Positions 15,489 through 29,540 of a stretch of DNA of 64,000 nt are shown piece by piece. The translations under genes and the position numbers were made by a program. Below the pieces are notes generated by a model. The model was given only the letters and a program-made list of their open reading frames with translations, was not told the DNA's origin and did not search any database. Position 1 is the first letter of the stretch, and each line of letters starts with the position of its first letter. The DNA lies in assembly GCF_009914755.1 (NCBI RefSeq), contig NC_060925.1; one strand, given 5' to 3'. The DNA comes from the human T2T-CHM13v2.0 reference genome, Homo sapiens.

Positions 15489-17329
15489 TCATCACAAAAA
15501 TTTAAATCCCAAATATCTTATATATTAAAAACCCACCATGAAGTAGAACAGTCAAGTATTATTATACACAAGTTTGGTGTGTCATTGTTTATTTTCCGCA
15601 TGGTTTTGTCTATACCTCTTGGAGGGAAGAAAAGGGAGTTATTCAGTAAAGTGCCCACATCATGCAAACTTAGACTGAGTATTTATTTCAGTGTTCGAGA
15701 CCTAGAACCATGATATTACTTTGTGAACTTCCTGTATGGCAGTCTAGGAGTTCCCCAGAGACATAAGGCCTCATGAATAATTTTTTTCACTCTTACCTTG
15801 ACTTGTGTAGTAGCATCTGCAGCTGGCACTTAACATCAAACTTCCTGCCAGGCATCAGTATGCCAGGATGTATGGCAATGCAATATAAGCATTAGGGAGA
15901 CCTAAATCTCCAAATTTACAGGAAAAAAAAAAAAAAAAAAAAAGCTCTTCTACTGACGGAATCTCCTGAAAGAGTTATTTTCTGAAAGAACACTATTTAA
16001 GATCAAATGTCTTTCGTGAGCTCAATGTATAAGCAAGTACCATGAATGCTTTTACCCACACAGAAAATTTTCCGTGGTAATAGTTAAATCACACTCAGAT
16101 CAGAGGATTTGAGAGCTGGCATTTATCCATTGTTGGAAAGAGTGATCATAGATGTTAAAGGCTTCGCTTGGTTATCTTCCCTTGTCTTTAGCTCAACTCA
16201 ATTAATGGGAGAATTGACAACTTAAACCCCTTCGTGCCATGTCTTCAGGAAATAGCCCATGAAGGAGGTATGAAAAAACGGTTCTATGTATTTTGATTAT
16301 ACCATGAATAACATTGCTATTCTACACATGTATAGGGAGCCACTATCAGAGAAAGGGTTTTTGGGAAAAAAAAAATCAGATACAGGCACATATATCAGAG
16401 AAATATCAACAGGCTAAATAGACATGTGTCTGAAGAATGGTAGAGATTCTTATAGTTTCAATGTTTGTCCATATTCATCTTCACTGTACTTAAGGATTAA
16501 CTGAAATTTGTCTATTCCGAAGTATCACTACAATAATTTAAATACATCTCAATTCACTTTCATTATTTTACAACATCACTCAGGCCTCAAACATTTTCAA
16601 GAAAATGCTGAAAAGATAAAACTTACGATTTCCATGTATGAATAATTGTAGCCAGAAAGCTAAACTAATTTTTTAATGCCAAAGGCAATCAACATTTTCT
16701 TTCTCTGATCACTCCATCAGTCACCAATTACAACACAAACATGATATTCTAGAACAATTTTCTAAATGAAATTAATTGAAGTTTTGTTTTTAATGATGTT
16801 CATGAAATTCTAAAAAATTACTTTTACTCTTCCTAGTAGCTAGTTTTGTTAATTTTTTTAAATCATTTGGAATTATTTTAGAGAACGAATATTCTTCAGA
16901 ATTAGGGATATCTATTTACGTACAATTGTTAACTCTGAAATTACAAAAAGAGGAATAAGCATTAACTTGTTGAAAAAATAGTAATAGTACACACCACATT
17001 GGAAACTTCCTGGAGAAAAAAGTATTTTCTGTGTAGCCCCTTGTAGATTTTTTTGCACCACTGGATGTATAATAAATATGAAATAACATTTACAACATTA
17101 TAAAAATATGGATGTATGTAAAAATCAAGCCAATTTGCTCATACTTTTTAGATAAAACATACTTTCTATCTCTTTATGTAATAAACAAATATACACATTC
17201 ACCTACTTGCAGCCAAGTATAGCTATAAGAAGTCACACAATTATTTTCATTGAGACAAGTTAGGATCATATGCTACCCTACTAGAAATAAGCACTTGCTA
17301 TTTCTTCTGCCTATTCATTTGTGCCTATT

Positions 17330-18610
17330 ATTTCCTCACAGTGATGTTTCAAACCTTTTCTAAAACCCCTGAGGACCTAATCAGTTCCATCATTTTTTAA
17401 TATATGACTTTACTTTCTATGCCATTGAAAAGATCAAAGTCATTAAGTTGGATACTCTCACAATCTTTCTTTCTCACCATCTCAAAACTATTTCTGATTT
17501 TTTACTCAACTATCCCTTCAGGGAGCTCTCTTCGCTGTCAAGGCTACTTCCTCAACATATGATCTTGATCCCATTCCTTCTTGCCTGCTCCCATCAATGC
17601 TTACCTGGGGAAATCTGTAATCTTTCATGCCTTCAAAGTTTCAGGCATTATAAAAGGATCAGAAGACATAACCATAAATAAAATGATCTTTGCTTTCGAG
17701 AACTTTCTTTGTCGTACACACCTTTCACTTTTTACCTCTGACCTTTACATTCTGAGTAAGGTGCTTTCTAAAGTTACCAATGATCTCTCAATTGACCTTT
17801 TCCCAATGTCTGTTTTCCCTGATTCTCTTTGAAACATACTCCTCCTTTTGGTTCTATATGGCCCGAAATTTCCTCCAGTTTGCTCCCTCCACCTCCCTAC
17901 TATAATTCACTAAGAGAGCTATGCTCTACTTCTCCTTTTTTCAATCTGTTTCTAGATAATATAATTGCACAGTATTAATGTCACCTCTATTTGATGTGTT
18001 CCCAACTAAATATCAAGGCTTTGTTTCTATTCTCAGCTTCAGTTGTATGTATCAAGCTACCTGTTGAATAACCTGCCATTATTCAAAATTCAACATGACT
18101 AAAATCGAAGTTCTCATTTTACCCATAAATTTCTCCAATTCTAGTTAGGTCTCTATAAGTCAATTCTTAAGATACTATTCCAGGCTTTCCATGATTTCAC
18201 TTCCAATTTACTTTCCCAAGTTTAAATTCCACTACTATCTCCTCATTATTCTTCCTAAATTGTAGACACAACAGACTACTTGTTGTAGTCCAAAGTGTAA
18301 ACATATCATAGCACCAATTATACTGCAATGCCCTTTCCCCAAAACGTCCAAGTACAAATGTTATTTTTCACTTAAACGCAAATGTCCAATCCCCATGAAG
18401 CATCATCTAATACACCTAAAATATTGTTTTCATTTTTCAAATAATGCTTACAACTTTCTACCCTATAGTCTAGCTCTTTGGTGTTTTAGTCCAATATTCA
18501 ACTCTCCTGTGAACTTCCTGGCGACAGAAACAACACTATTTTTTGTGTCTCCCTGAGAATCTATTATAGTACCTTGTATAACTAAGACTCCAATAAATAT
18601 TTATTGGATG
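17330..18610 (+). mobile_element. L2 (long degenerate fragment)
   Basis: CT-rich L2 body (CTAAAGTTACCAATGATCTC; AAAATTCAACATGACTAAAATCGAA), ending in CAATAAATATTTATTGGATG. Confidence 0.75.
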
Positions 18611-18999
18611 TTTTCTTTCTGAAAAAATAATCTGACATCCAAATTCATATTTTAATAACCTGTTTATGTCTCTGTTACATCTTCTTTCCATTTGCATAAG
18701 TTACTTATTTCTTCATCTAATTGCTAATATTCAATGAGCTAAGCCAGCTTTCCAGCTATAAAATTACATTTAGTCTAAATAATCTCCAGCATTTTTGCCA
18801 GTCATAAATTTCCAAAATGTACATGAGGTTTGACACCATACTACCTTCTACCTATAGTCATACCAGGTAAAATTAACATTTTTAGGCTTTGCATTAACAG
18901 TCATTAACACTAATAGATTTATCCTTTGTAAAAATTAACAATTTTGAAACAACTTCTTAATTTTCCCTGACTAAGAAGAAAATTCCCAGGAGTTGTAAT

Positions 19000-19230
19000 T
19001 GTGGTTGGTAAGGCTAAGAGGCTCTACGTAAAGGATAAACACTAGGATTTTTAAGTCAACAACCTGATTTTGCAATTTACATAAATTCCCTAAATTTCTG
19101 TGAACCCAACTGTTAAATGAGGCTAATCATAATACTTATCTCAAAGGTTTTGTGAAGATTAAACCAAATAATGCATGTAAAGTGATTTTTGTGATTCCTG
19201 GCATATAGCTCAATAATTAATGTGTATTTT
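19000..19230 (+). mobile_element. MIR
   Basis: TAATACTTATCTCAAAGGTTTTGTGAAGATTAAA...TAATGCATGTAAAGTG...CCTGGCATATAG. Confidence 0.75.
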
Positions 19231-19319
19231 ATTAATTAATTGTGTTCCTCCCTATATTTCAGGCAGGAGGCTTTTTCAATAAAAACAATTCTATTATATA
19301 CTTGTATCCTGTATATACT

Positions 19320-19970
19320 GCTCACAAAATAAATTCCACAATCGCTGGCATAGACTTCAAGACCTTTCATAACAGAAGTCTAATTTTTCATTCCAGCTTC
19401 ATAATGCTATTGTTTATCTCACACACAGTACACTAAGGCCAAATAAAAGATACCTCATGCACCTTTAAGCCTCATGTTTTTCCTTCTTATAATGTGTTCC
19501 TGACTCCCACCTACCTTCTCTTGCTACACAGATTCTTACTCATATCACAAAGCACTGCTTAAAGGAAGTCATAACCTCCACATTTTCATTCACTACATTC
19601 ATACACACTTGCATTTACATTTTATATAGAGATATAAATATATTCATATATATTAATTCTTTTATACATAAGTATATAGTAAATAGTGTAATCTCAACTA
19701 TATATTGGATGTATTATATAATATTTACATACAATGTTGATATATAAAATGAATATTATTTATCTACATATACACATACTTGGGATATGATATATAGTTA
19801 CATATACTATAGATACTGTATATAATACACACACACTTGGGATTATAAATTTAGGTACATAACATTCTCTTCTAAGATCTGTGAGACATCTATCTTAGCA
19901 CGTCATCTGGCACATATTAAACGATCAATATAGTTTTCTTAAATGTGTGAATACATGATTGAATGAATTG
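19320..19970 (+). mobile_element. L2 3' fragment interrupted by TA-rich low-complexity sequence
   Basis: TTCAAGACCTTTCATAA... and terminal CTGGCACATATTAAACGATCAATA...TGAATGAAT. Confidence 0.55.
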
Positions 19971-20556
19971 GCTTCTACTCCATCATCTATGAAACACACA
20001 AATGCCAGGCTTTACTATGGTTTTAGGTTTGCCTCACTGACAGATGTCAATTTCTGAAATGTACTTTCTGAGTCTCAATTATTTTGACATCACAAAATTA
20101 TAGGGCTGAAAAGGAATATAAGAATGCCCACTCCAGGCTTCAATGAGGCCATCATTACTTGGAAAAATATCTTCTATTTTAAAAGAGTTCAACTTTGAAT
20201 AGGATTTCATAACCTGCCTTGTTGACTCAACCCTTTCATGTTTAATAATGTCCACTATTAGTTCCCACAGACAGTCTTGAGATTATTTTTCAAGGTAATT
20301 GAAACATTACCTTTCCCCACCCATTTTTTTCCTGTCTGGGAAGATGACAAATACCAGAAGTTTTAAGAAAGTTAAATATATCAGAATAAGCAAGCACTAT
20401 GACAGATGGATCTATGCATCAGAACTGAAGTTCTTCATCTATTTACAAGCATCTATTTTCACTTAGGTTTGTTAATTCTGTCTTCTGAAAATTTTTAAGA
20501 TACTGTACATTCCTTCTCACTCCCAAAATTCTTATGTATTTGCATCTTGAGCAAAG

Positions 20557-20560
<4 letters not shown>

Positions 20561-20610
<50 letters not shown>
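20561..20610. repeat. (TA)25 microsatellite
   Basis: Direct count; uninterrupted. Confidence 0.98.
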
Positions 20611-20616
<6 letters not shown>

Positions 20617-21757
20617 CATATTTTTGTCCGGTCTCGGAGCCTTGACTTTACATGGAGTCTCTTGTAGTCACTAAACATACATACATTTTACTTTGTTTAC
20701 ATACTATCAATGATGCTACTGAGATTTTAAGGCATTGCACTTAAAACCCAGCCTTAGGTTTAGTACTTTATTTACTTTGTCACAGAACATTTTGCTTCTA
20801 TTTTCCTTCGTTTTAATTGGACTGTTTTCTCTGAAGACTTAGAATATAATAGTATATCCATATTTGAGCCATGCATATCCATATTACAATAGTAATACCC
20901 ATATTTGAGCCTCTATTTTGTGTATGTCATTGTACTGTGAACTAAATGTGCATTATGTTGTTCGGTTCCCAGAATAACACTACGAAAGGTATGCTAAAAC
21001 CAAGGCTCAAATTAGACTTCAAATCCTATACTTTTAAATCTCCAACTTATTCTGAAAACTGGCATATCATAGTGATGAATATTTCAGAAAAGTCATCATG
21101 AATGATGGTTTTTTCTATAAGCTTCCTTTAATTTTTCTTAAATTTGAACTTTGGACAAAGGTAGTTATGGGTATAATTAGAATGAATATTATTAATCTAG
21201 CATTTATTGACTGATAAGCACATTACACATATGATCACATTTAATACTGTTTCCACACAGTAGTAAATTTCCAATTCCACACAAAATGTGTTAATACACA
21301 TTTAATATCTGTAAAATACTCATTTTACAAATGAGGAAATAGAGTTGAGGCAAAATATAAAAAAAAATGTAGTGCAGTTTAAGCATTAATAACTTCAAAA
21401 ATATAAATGCTATACTCTTTACCAAAAATACAATTTGAAAAGTGAATTATTTACATTTTTAATAATATATTTAGCTTTGTGAATTTAAAACACATTTTTC
21501 TATTTTTAGTCAATATTTGTTATATCAGAGGAAATGAATACATTCACTTTCATCACGTCATGTTTGTAAATGCAGTTTATTAATTCTTTTTCTACACTCT
21601 TAGGTTACAAAGTTCTTCCATTTAAATTGTTTCTAACAGTGAACCAATTGGCAATTTATCAAACCATCTCAAAGTGAGAGTGTTTTGCAGCATCTATTGT
21701 TTATTTTACGCTATCACTGTCATTTATTTTATATTCTCAGGATCTAGATAGTCAAAA

Positions 21758-22295
21758 TGAAAGAGGAAAGAAAAAACCTGACAGGCAGGTAGTTCGGGTG
21801 GGTCCTTGGATGAGTTCTTTCAAACAAAAGGACAGCCTGAAGGCACAGATAAGGGAACTTGCAAAGGAGAGCTTGCCTGAGACATGCCCACAGCCCCATA
21901 GATAAGAAAGGCTATCCAGGAGACTTGCTCAGACATGTCCACAATGGAAAACTCCATCCCCCGACACATGTGTAGTAAAGGGAACAAAGCAATATGGAGT
22001 AACTCAAGCTAAGGGCCTGCATGTGCACTAGGAGGACAGGGTACAGTTACCAGAAATTCGTGATTTATGCAAATGAGATGCCCAGACCTCATCGGCTTCT
22101 TATAAAAGCTTCTGTATTCAACTGTGAAATGGCAACCATTTTTTCAGGACCCCTCTCTGCAGCAGAGAGCTTTCTCTCTTTCTTTCCCTTATTAAACTTC
22201 TGCTCTAACATCACACTTGGTGTGTCCATGTCCTTGATTTCCTCAGCCATGAGAGAAAGAACTTCAGGTAGCACTTAGACAAGCAGGCCATTTCA
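21758..22295 (+). mobile_element. Solo ERV1 LTR, MER61 family
   Basis: TG...CA termini, 4-bp TSD AAAA, TATAAAA (22101), ATTAAA (22191). The repeated AGATAAG...CTTGC...AGACATG unit matches recalled MER61. Confidence 0.85.
21869..21940. promoter_or_regulatory. Two consensus p53 response elements inside the LTR
   Basis: GAGCTTGCCT-g-AGACATGCCC (21869-21889) and AGACTTGCTC-AGACATGTCC (21921-21940); all four half-sites fit RRRCWWGYYY. Confidence 0.85.
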
Positions 22296-22302
22296 AAAAT
22301 AT

Positions 22303-22420
22303 TAATCACCTTGAGGCTTACTTGAAATGTAGAATATCAGGCTTTATTCTAGACCCATTGAATCAGATCTGCATTTTAATAAACTCCCCAAATTTCATAT
22401 GGACATTAACATTCACTCTT
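22303..22420. mobile_element. MER5-type hAT fragment
   Basis: AATCACCTTGAGGCTT...TAGACCCATTGAATCAGATCTGCATTTTAATAAACTCCCCA. Confidence 0.7.
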
Positions 22421-25241
22421 TAGGGTCAAATTTGACCTATAATCATAAGATCCTGGCATGTGAATATTTTGTCCTTGCTACAAAGAAACAAAATGCTAAA
22501 TATTAAAATAGAAGCATTAACAATGGGCACTAAGAAAGGCAGAAGAAAACAAAATAAATGATAGATGGGCAACTAGATACCAGTTAAGTTCTTTGAAATT
22601 AAGGAGGGCATTACGAACATCACATGCAATCTTATAGATAGTATAATAGCTAGAGTAACCTAACCTAGTGATAAGTTAGAACTTCAAGGGGTTTGAAGAA
22701 AATGGAAAAGTGATTGCCAATACAATGTGCTAAAAATGTATCTTCCTAGAGGCTACCCTAAAATAAGTACATGTATACTCTTGATTCACTTAAGAGTGTC
22801 ATATCAAGAAAACTATCCTCTTGTACTACATAGACCATAGACATGTATTTTTTCCTGTCTCCCTGCAAAAAATCAACCTGAAAACTCATTATAAAGTTTT
22901 CTCAGTGGTTGACATGAATTTGCAGTTTTCTTAAATCAAATTTTTGCTTTTGAAATTTTGGGTTTTAATAAAATTCTAGTCATCTGCTGTTCTTTTTGCT
23001 ACTACTTCTCAGAGTTTAATATCCGTGTTTTTGTCTGTTTGTTTTTTGATTATATGTGAAAATTCTTAAACGGCTTTGGAAGAACATTAATTTGGGCCTG
23101 GACTTAAACTCATTTCCTTCCTGCCTTTACATTGTGTTATAATGCAATAAGGGGAGAAAATAAGTTGAGAATCTGGTAATAAAGTTGTTTTTATTAATTA
23201 TTATCATCTTAATGAATGTTTCATAGGTGTGAGAAATTTGTTATAAAATAAAAAAAATTCACAATAAATAATTTTAAAGTATAGCAAGGTGCCTTTTCTA
23301 ATTAATTTTTCATTCTCGCATTGAATTTCCAATAGTCCCTAGACTAAAGCACAATTCAACAGTGTTTTCTAAGAAAGTAGTATGATAACTCTAATATCAA
23401 CTAAGCAGGAACAGTTCCATCCACAATTATGATAGAATCTATAGCCTATGTCCAGTGAAGTGATAGATATAACCATTAGAGAACAGTAAAAGAGAATTAT
23501 AATTGTTTGGTAGAATTTTATTATAAAGCCTATAGAGAAAATGTTCAACAGGAGTTTAAAGAATTAGGTGGTAGAGTGTTAAAATAACAAAACCATATAA
23601 CATGAGGAAACTATATTAAAAATTTACTATTCGTATTACTAATCAATAATGTCACATCAATTGTTTACTCTTAAATGTAAATCAATACTAACTTTCAAAA
23701 ATGCAATTCATTAATTATTCTTTACAAATTGCACCAAGGAATTTACCACATATCTCTCATGGATTCCTTAAATCAATGCAAAGGACACATCGAATGTAAA
23801 ATGTTGCATGTTTCTATGCTGACTAAAAATAATTGCCGCTAATGGGTTACAATTTAGATAGCATATGAATAAACACATTTGGGGAGGTTATTAACATTTG
23901 GGGACTGTTATTAACATGTAAAGTGACTCCAACATAGCACTTAAAACTAGGAGATATTCAGATGGGCACTTTCAAGGTTAGCAAATTAAAACCAAAAAAC
24001 AGTGATTTAAAGAAAAGATGGAAGGAAATTCAATTCTGTGTTCAGATATTCACTTCCTTAGTAACTTTCTCTGATTCAGGAATAACCTAAAGTATGTGTC
24101 CCAGTGCTTGAGGTTTCCTTTAAGCCTTGATGCTTTTAAGCCCTATCTGAGTGTTGGGTCGGAGGTTAGGCTTGACAATCTAGAGGCCGTTCTGCTCTGG
24201 TGGTACAATATTGACTTTTACGGCTTTGTAAATATCAACATTTTTGTACCTAAGCTCAAGCTGAAGCAGCACAGCACACTGCAGCCTGCCAACAAACATG
24301 CAATGCCACTCTAAAGGGATTTTGGCAGGATTTAATTAAAAAGTTAAATAAGCAAGGAGAAAATATTGGTGGAAAAGGAAAACACAAGACATAGGTGCAG
24401 GATGGCATAGCAAGTAAAATTAAAGACATTAACAAAATAAAAAGCTAAGATTTGGATACTTTTAGGTAGAAAGAAAATGGAGAACTTAGAAAAAAAAGCT
24501 CTAAATGGAGGAATCTAGGAAGTTATCAGAAGATAGGATTAAATTTTGTTTTTAGACCATATTAACTAAACTTGTTTATCCTAATAGACTTTCCTTATCA
24601 TGTTGAGCTTATGTAAATAAGCATGGCATAAAAACGATATAAAATCTTACATAGAAAAAGCACTTTGATAGGAATTGCACTACAGTCTTTTCCCCAGAGC
24701 CAATGCAATGTACAGAAAACCTGATATTACAATGAACGGAACTAAAATGTTTTACTCTAATTCAGAAACATTATAAATAATTTATTTATTTTTGTGATAG
24801 CATTGTACTGTTAACCCAGTACCACAGATTGATAGTTCATTTGCATGAGCCATTTTCTATGGAGAAAAGGAAAGATTAATGGATAGACAATAAATGAGAG
24901 ATTAATGAGTAGAAAAATAAAGATATATATATTTTCTCACATTTATTTTATTTTGTGAGATCAGTATGCCTCATTAGTTGAGGAGAAAAGAAGTGTGGAG
25001 AGAATGGGGGCAATTGAACTTCCCATAATCAACAACTGCCTTAAGCCACTATTCTTTCTTTTTCTCTTCCCTTTGTCCAATTATATATTTATTTTCATAA
25101 TATAATTAAAAGGCTGATATATATATATACACACACACATGCGTACATATATATATATTTGTTAAACATACATGCATAGGTATTTATATATAGAGAGAAA
25201 CAGTAACGTGTTTCTTCTCTGGAAAGCAATAAATAAAATAA

Positions 25242-25516
25242 TTTTGTTTGTTTTGTTTTGAGAGAGTTTCCCTGTCTTGTCCAGGCTGGAGTGCAGTGGC
25301 ACGATCTCTGCTCATTGCAACCCCTGCCTCCCGGGTTCAAACTTCAGCCTCCTGAGTATCTGGGATTTCAGGCATGCGCCACCACTCGCAGCAAATTTTT
25401 GTAATTTTAGTACACCATGTTTGTCAGGCTGGTCTCAGACTCCTGGCCTCAAGTGATCTGCCCACCTCGGCCTCCCAAAGTTCAGGGATTATAGGCATGA
25501 ACAACTGTACCTGGCC
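25242..25516 (-). mobile_element. Old AluS/J with two short internal deletions
   Basis: Dimeric Alu missing sequence after GGTTCAA and after TTTTAGTA relative to consensus. Confidence 0.92.
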
Positions 25517-28500
25517 TAGAATATCAAACTTTTAACAGCAAAGTCTACATAATAAAATTATGCATTACATTTTTATGTAGACAGTGGTCACAGTCACACA
25601 CATATATACCATAACATCCTTGGTATGGCAAAATAAAAATAAAATAAAATAACTATTATCTTCGTTTTTAACATTTAGAAAAATCACAAAACAATGCTTT
25701 GACTTAGAATATGATATTTAGGGAACCACTGCATAATACATTTCAATATCCTGGAGATTCAGGCTTCATTAGCCTGAAAACTCACAATGTTTGAAAAGTA
25801 AGAAGCAAAACAAAGGCAAAAGAATTGAAATCTTACAATTCAATTTAAAGTTATCTATTGAGCACCTCCAAATAGATTTTATGGTAGTCATGTTACACAT
25901 CACTATATTAATCTCCTTCTACTTTATGGGTGATTAGGTATAACTTCATGCCATTCAGCTGACTTCCTATTGTACTTGCTTTGACAGTTTGCATTTTTGT
26001 TAGAGCCTGGTTAAGCACTAGCCTGGCATTTTGAAATTAAGGGCATAGAAACATGCATAAGTGAAGATTGAAAGTTGAAAATAACATATTTGGCACCTAA
26101 GCTCTGTTTATTATGTTTATTTTTGGCTATGATATTTCTACTATTATACACTGAGAACTAAGCGGGGATAGGGTGGGGGAGGCAAAATAAGAGCATAGTG
26201 AATGCAAAATACCCCAATCTACCATCAAGCCCAAATAAAAAATAGTTTAACGCCACGCTATATATAAACAAACTCAAGAAGTCAATCACTAAGATGTATG
26301 TATGAATCTCAGCCACACTTACAAACCCTAAAGATTACATACTCATTATTAGAAATGACTTCCATCTATATATTCTTTCTCTTGACAAATTATAATTTTT
26401 AAAGAATACGGTAAAATAACAAAGCTTTTAATAATTATTTTGAAATTAAGCATTCATGTTCTATAATTATACATATCCAGATTTGTATTTATTTGACATT
26501 TGTAAAAGAGTATTTCTAAAATTTTGGTCCAAATAGCTTTTGCGCATTTTAGCTGAGTTAGCTCTCCAAATCTTGGCAATAATAAATGCATGTTTGTTTA
26601 TTCATAAATCAAGTTTCCATATTTCTTTTATTTAAATAGTAAGATCACCTGTAAAATTTTCCTAGTGTCTACAATATTTCAAAATATCTAGCATAAGACA
26701 ATCATGTACAGATTCAGGAAAGAATATTTAGAAAAAGAAAATCAATTTTGGAAATCAACTACAGTATAAAACCACCTATATTTTCATTCTATTAATCTTT
26801 TAATTATCCTCACATATTAATAATGTATACAATAATGTTAAATATACTTTTCATCTGGCCAACCTTTTCTAATACAATTTTACTCATTTTTATATAATAT
26901 GTATCTTTTTCACCAAAAAGTAACAAAGGCTTGAATTCCTACGAAAAGGAGAATTCATGATGGGCTACCAGATTTGCCATTGTTATGTCTGTCATTTAAT
27001 CATGGCATTTATTTAATTTAAAACCTCTTTCAGTGTAACCCACATATATTTGAAATAAAATATGCAAATAAATTCAGTCTCTGGAGAAGGGTAAATTCAA
27101 CTGTGAAGCAGAATAGATTTCTATTTTCCTAATGCACTTTGGCACTTCTGTGTGTCCACTTACATTAGCCTATGAAAGTATTTCCAGCTCTGTCAGCCCC
27201 CAAGAATGTGTTAAAATGACATGGTAAATTTGGAGTTCTGAGAGTAAATAAGCCTAGGATAGAAAAGGCCTTCTGGACCACGTAGGTATAGCAGAAACAT
27301 TCCATGCATTTTAAATGGCTATAATCATAATTCTCCACCACAAAATGTAATATATGTTCTATCAGAAGAATTATTTTCCTCTATAAGTGTCAGTGCCACC
27401 AAACCAACTGTCCTGCTCACATTTTCTCATGGTCAATACACAGCATAATGCTGCTTAGGATATTCGGAAAGGAAAAGAGGTGCCACACTACAGATCCATT
27501 ATGCATTTTGACATTAAGCACCCAGTAATTAGCCAAGTACCTAACTGAATTATGTGATGAGGGAGAATATTACAATTACATTAAAATAAAAGTGTTTCCA
27601 AAAAGTTCCGCTAAAAATAAGAATACCAGCAAACTAAATAATGTGAAGGTAAATCTCTACTGCTAATGTATTCTCATGACTTACTGCAGGAAAAACTGGG
27701 GGGGGCGGGAAGCATCTTGCAAAGACAAGGTTAGACTGCCCTTAACAAGTCCCTTTGACCCAGAGCTGAATATTCTCTGCAGCACCCTTACCTTTCTCAC
27801 AGAGCACAGTGGGAATAAGTACATTGTTAACCACATTTTGATGAGGGTGTAAAGTGAGAGATCACGGTCAAAATTAATAGTGCATTTTTTTGGTTGTTTT
27901 TGTATGTTTTAATGAGGTTATATTTCTTTACACATCTCTTTCCTGTTAATAAGGTCTAATACCATTCCTTCCAAAAGTCAAACTTTTTCATCTAAAATAA
28001 ATAATCACTTCCTTTCATAAAAAAGTGGAGTACATATTAACACTGCAGCAATTTGTTTTTTCAAAAAAAGGAGGTGTCATTTAAATACCTGGGTTCTTCC
28101 CAGAAGCAAACATGCTAAGCATTCACTTGCACTAGTAAATGTCCTTGGCCATATTAATAAGCTTGACCATTTCATTTTTAATTTTCTTCTATCTTTCTCC
28201 TAGTTTGAAGTTCTTTTTTGAAATTAACATCCAAGAGGAAATTTAGGCTTAAATTCTTTTAAAACTTTCTTCTCTTTTTAAGCACAAGTTCTGAAAAATA
28301 CATATATGAAAGAATTAAAAAAAAAAAAAAGGAAGACATTTTCTCCTTTCTTTTTTAACCTGACCAATTTTCTGGGTCAAGCTCAGTGTGAGCTCACTTG
28401 GTTGGCAGCAGGGGAAGCCAGGGTGCCCCTGAAGAAGGTCATTTCTGACTTTTCTCCGCCACTGCTATGCCACATTACTCACTGTCTTATGGCCACTAGT

Positions 28501-29094
28501 TAAAAAACACATGTAAGCAATCAAGTACTGGAAAGAGTACGAAGAAAAGAGAAAGCCAGAATTAAAAATAAATCCTAAATTTAAAAGTGAACTAGTTAAA
28601 AAAAATCATTTACTATAATTTCTTCTGCTCAAATACTACAGAAGTATGAAGTTGTTAGCCTAGAGTAAACCCAATTTAATTTTTCACAATTTACTCTAAA
28701 GATATAGGCCATTTTCTGTCATTTGCAAATAATTTCAGTTCTTTATTCATTAAGTACATTAATACAATACTTTGCCTAAGGCCTACATCTTTTTATTTTC
28801 TTTGCTCCTCAAAGAAAATATGTCAAGTTAGCCATTTTATGGCTGGGTAATAATGAGGCATATGAAAAAGGAGCGGCTAAGTTTTAACTATGAAGAAGTA
28901 TTAGAAGACATATAATAAAATATGAATTTTAAAAAGTAATCCTGTGTGTCTAAATATTACATTTTTTGTTTGAATAAGTGTTTGGAGATTTTTTTTTCTC
29001 CCTGCAATTTTACTTAACAAGAACAAATATCACTTTTGGAAATATGAGGATATGATGATGCGGATATACGTGTTCATTGGTGTTTTTAATGGGT

Positions 29095-29540
29095 GTCAAT
29101 TATTACTATGCACATTTTAGAGAATAGGAAATTGAGTATAGCAGTCATCATGTGACCAAGGTCACATAGTTAATAAGTAGATTAATCAAAGAAGGTTAGA
29201 ATTTTCCTTCTAGCAGCTCTAATCCAGACATCTAACTCCCATGGTGCTGCTCTTTCCATCATTAAAAAGAAAGGTTTTTCTATCTAATAAAATGTACTTA
29301 TTTTTCTCTTGTGACCTACTAGTACACATCATTACATTTTTCTGACTCTACATTCTAAGTGTGCTACACATAATTTAAGGATACATGACAAGTTGTTTAC
29401 ATGAAGCTCAAATTTTTCATCTGCAAACAGCAATAGAAACAATACCTATCTATTGGGCTGCTTTAAGAATTAAATGAGATAGTCTATGTAAAGAGCTTGC
29501 TACAGGGCCTGACACACTTAATTGTTCATACATTTTAAAT
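29095..29540. mobile_element. Two adjacent MIRs in opposite orientation (- then +)
   Basis: GGAAATTGAG...CAAGGTCACATAGTTAATAAGT (minus) followed by TTCATCTGCAAA...AAGAATTAAATGAGATA...GGGCCTGACACA (plus). Confidence 0.7.
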
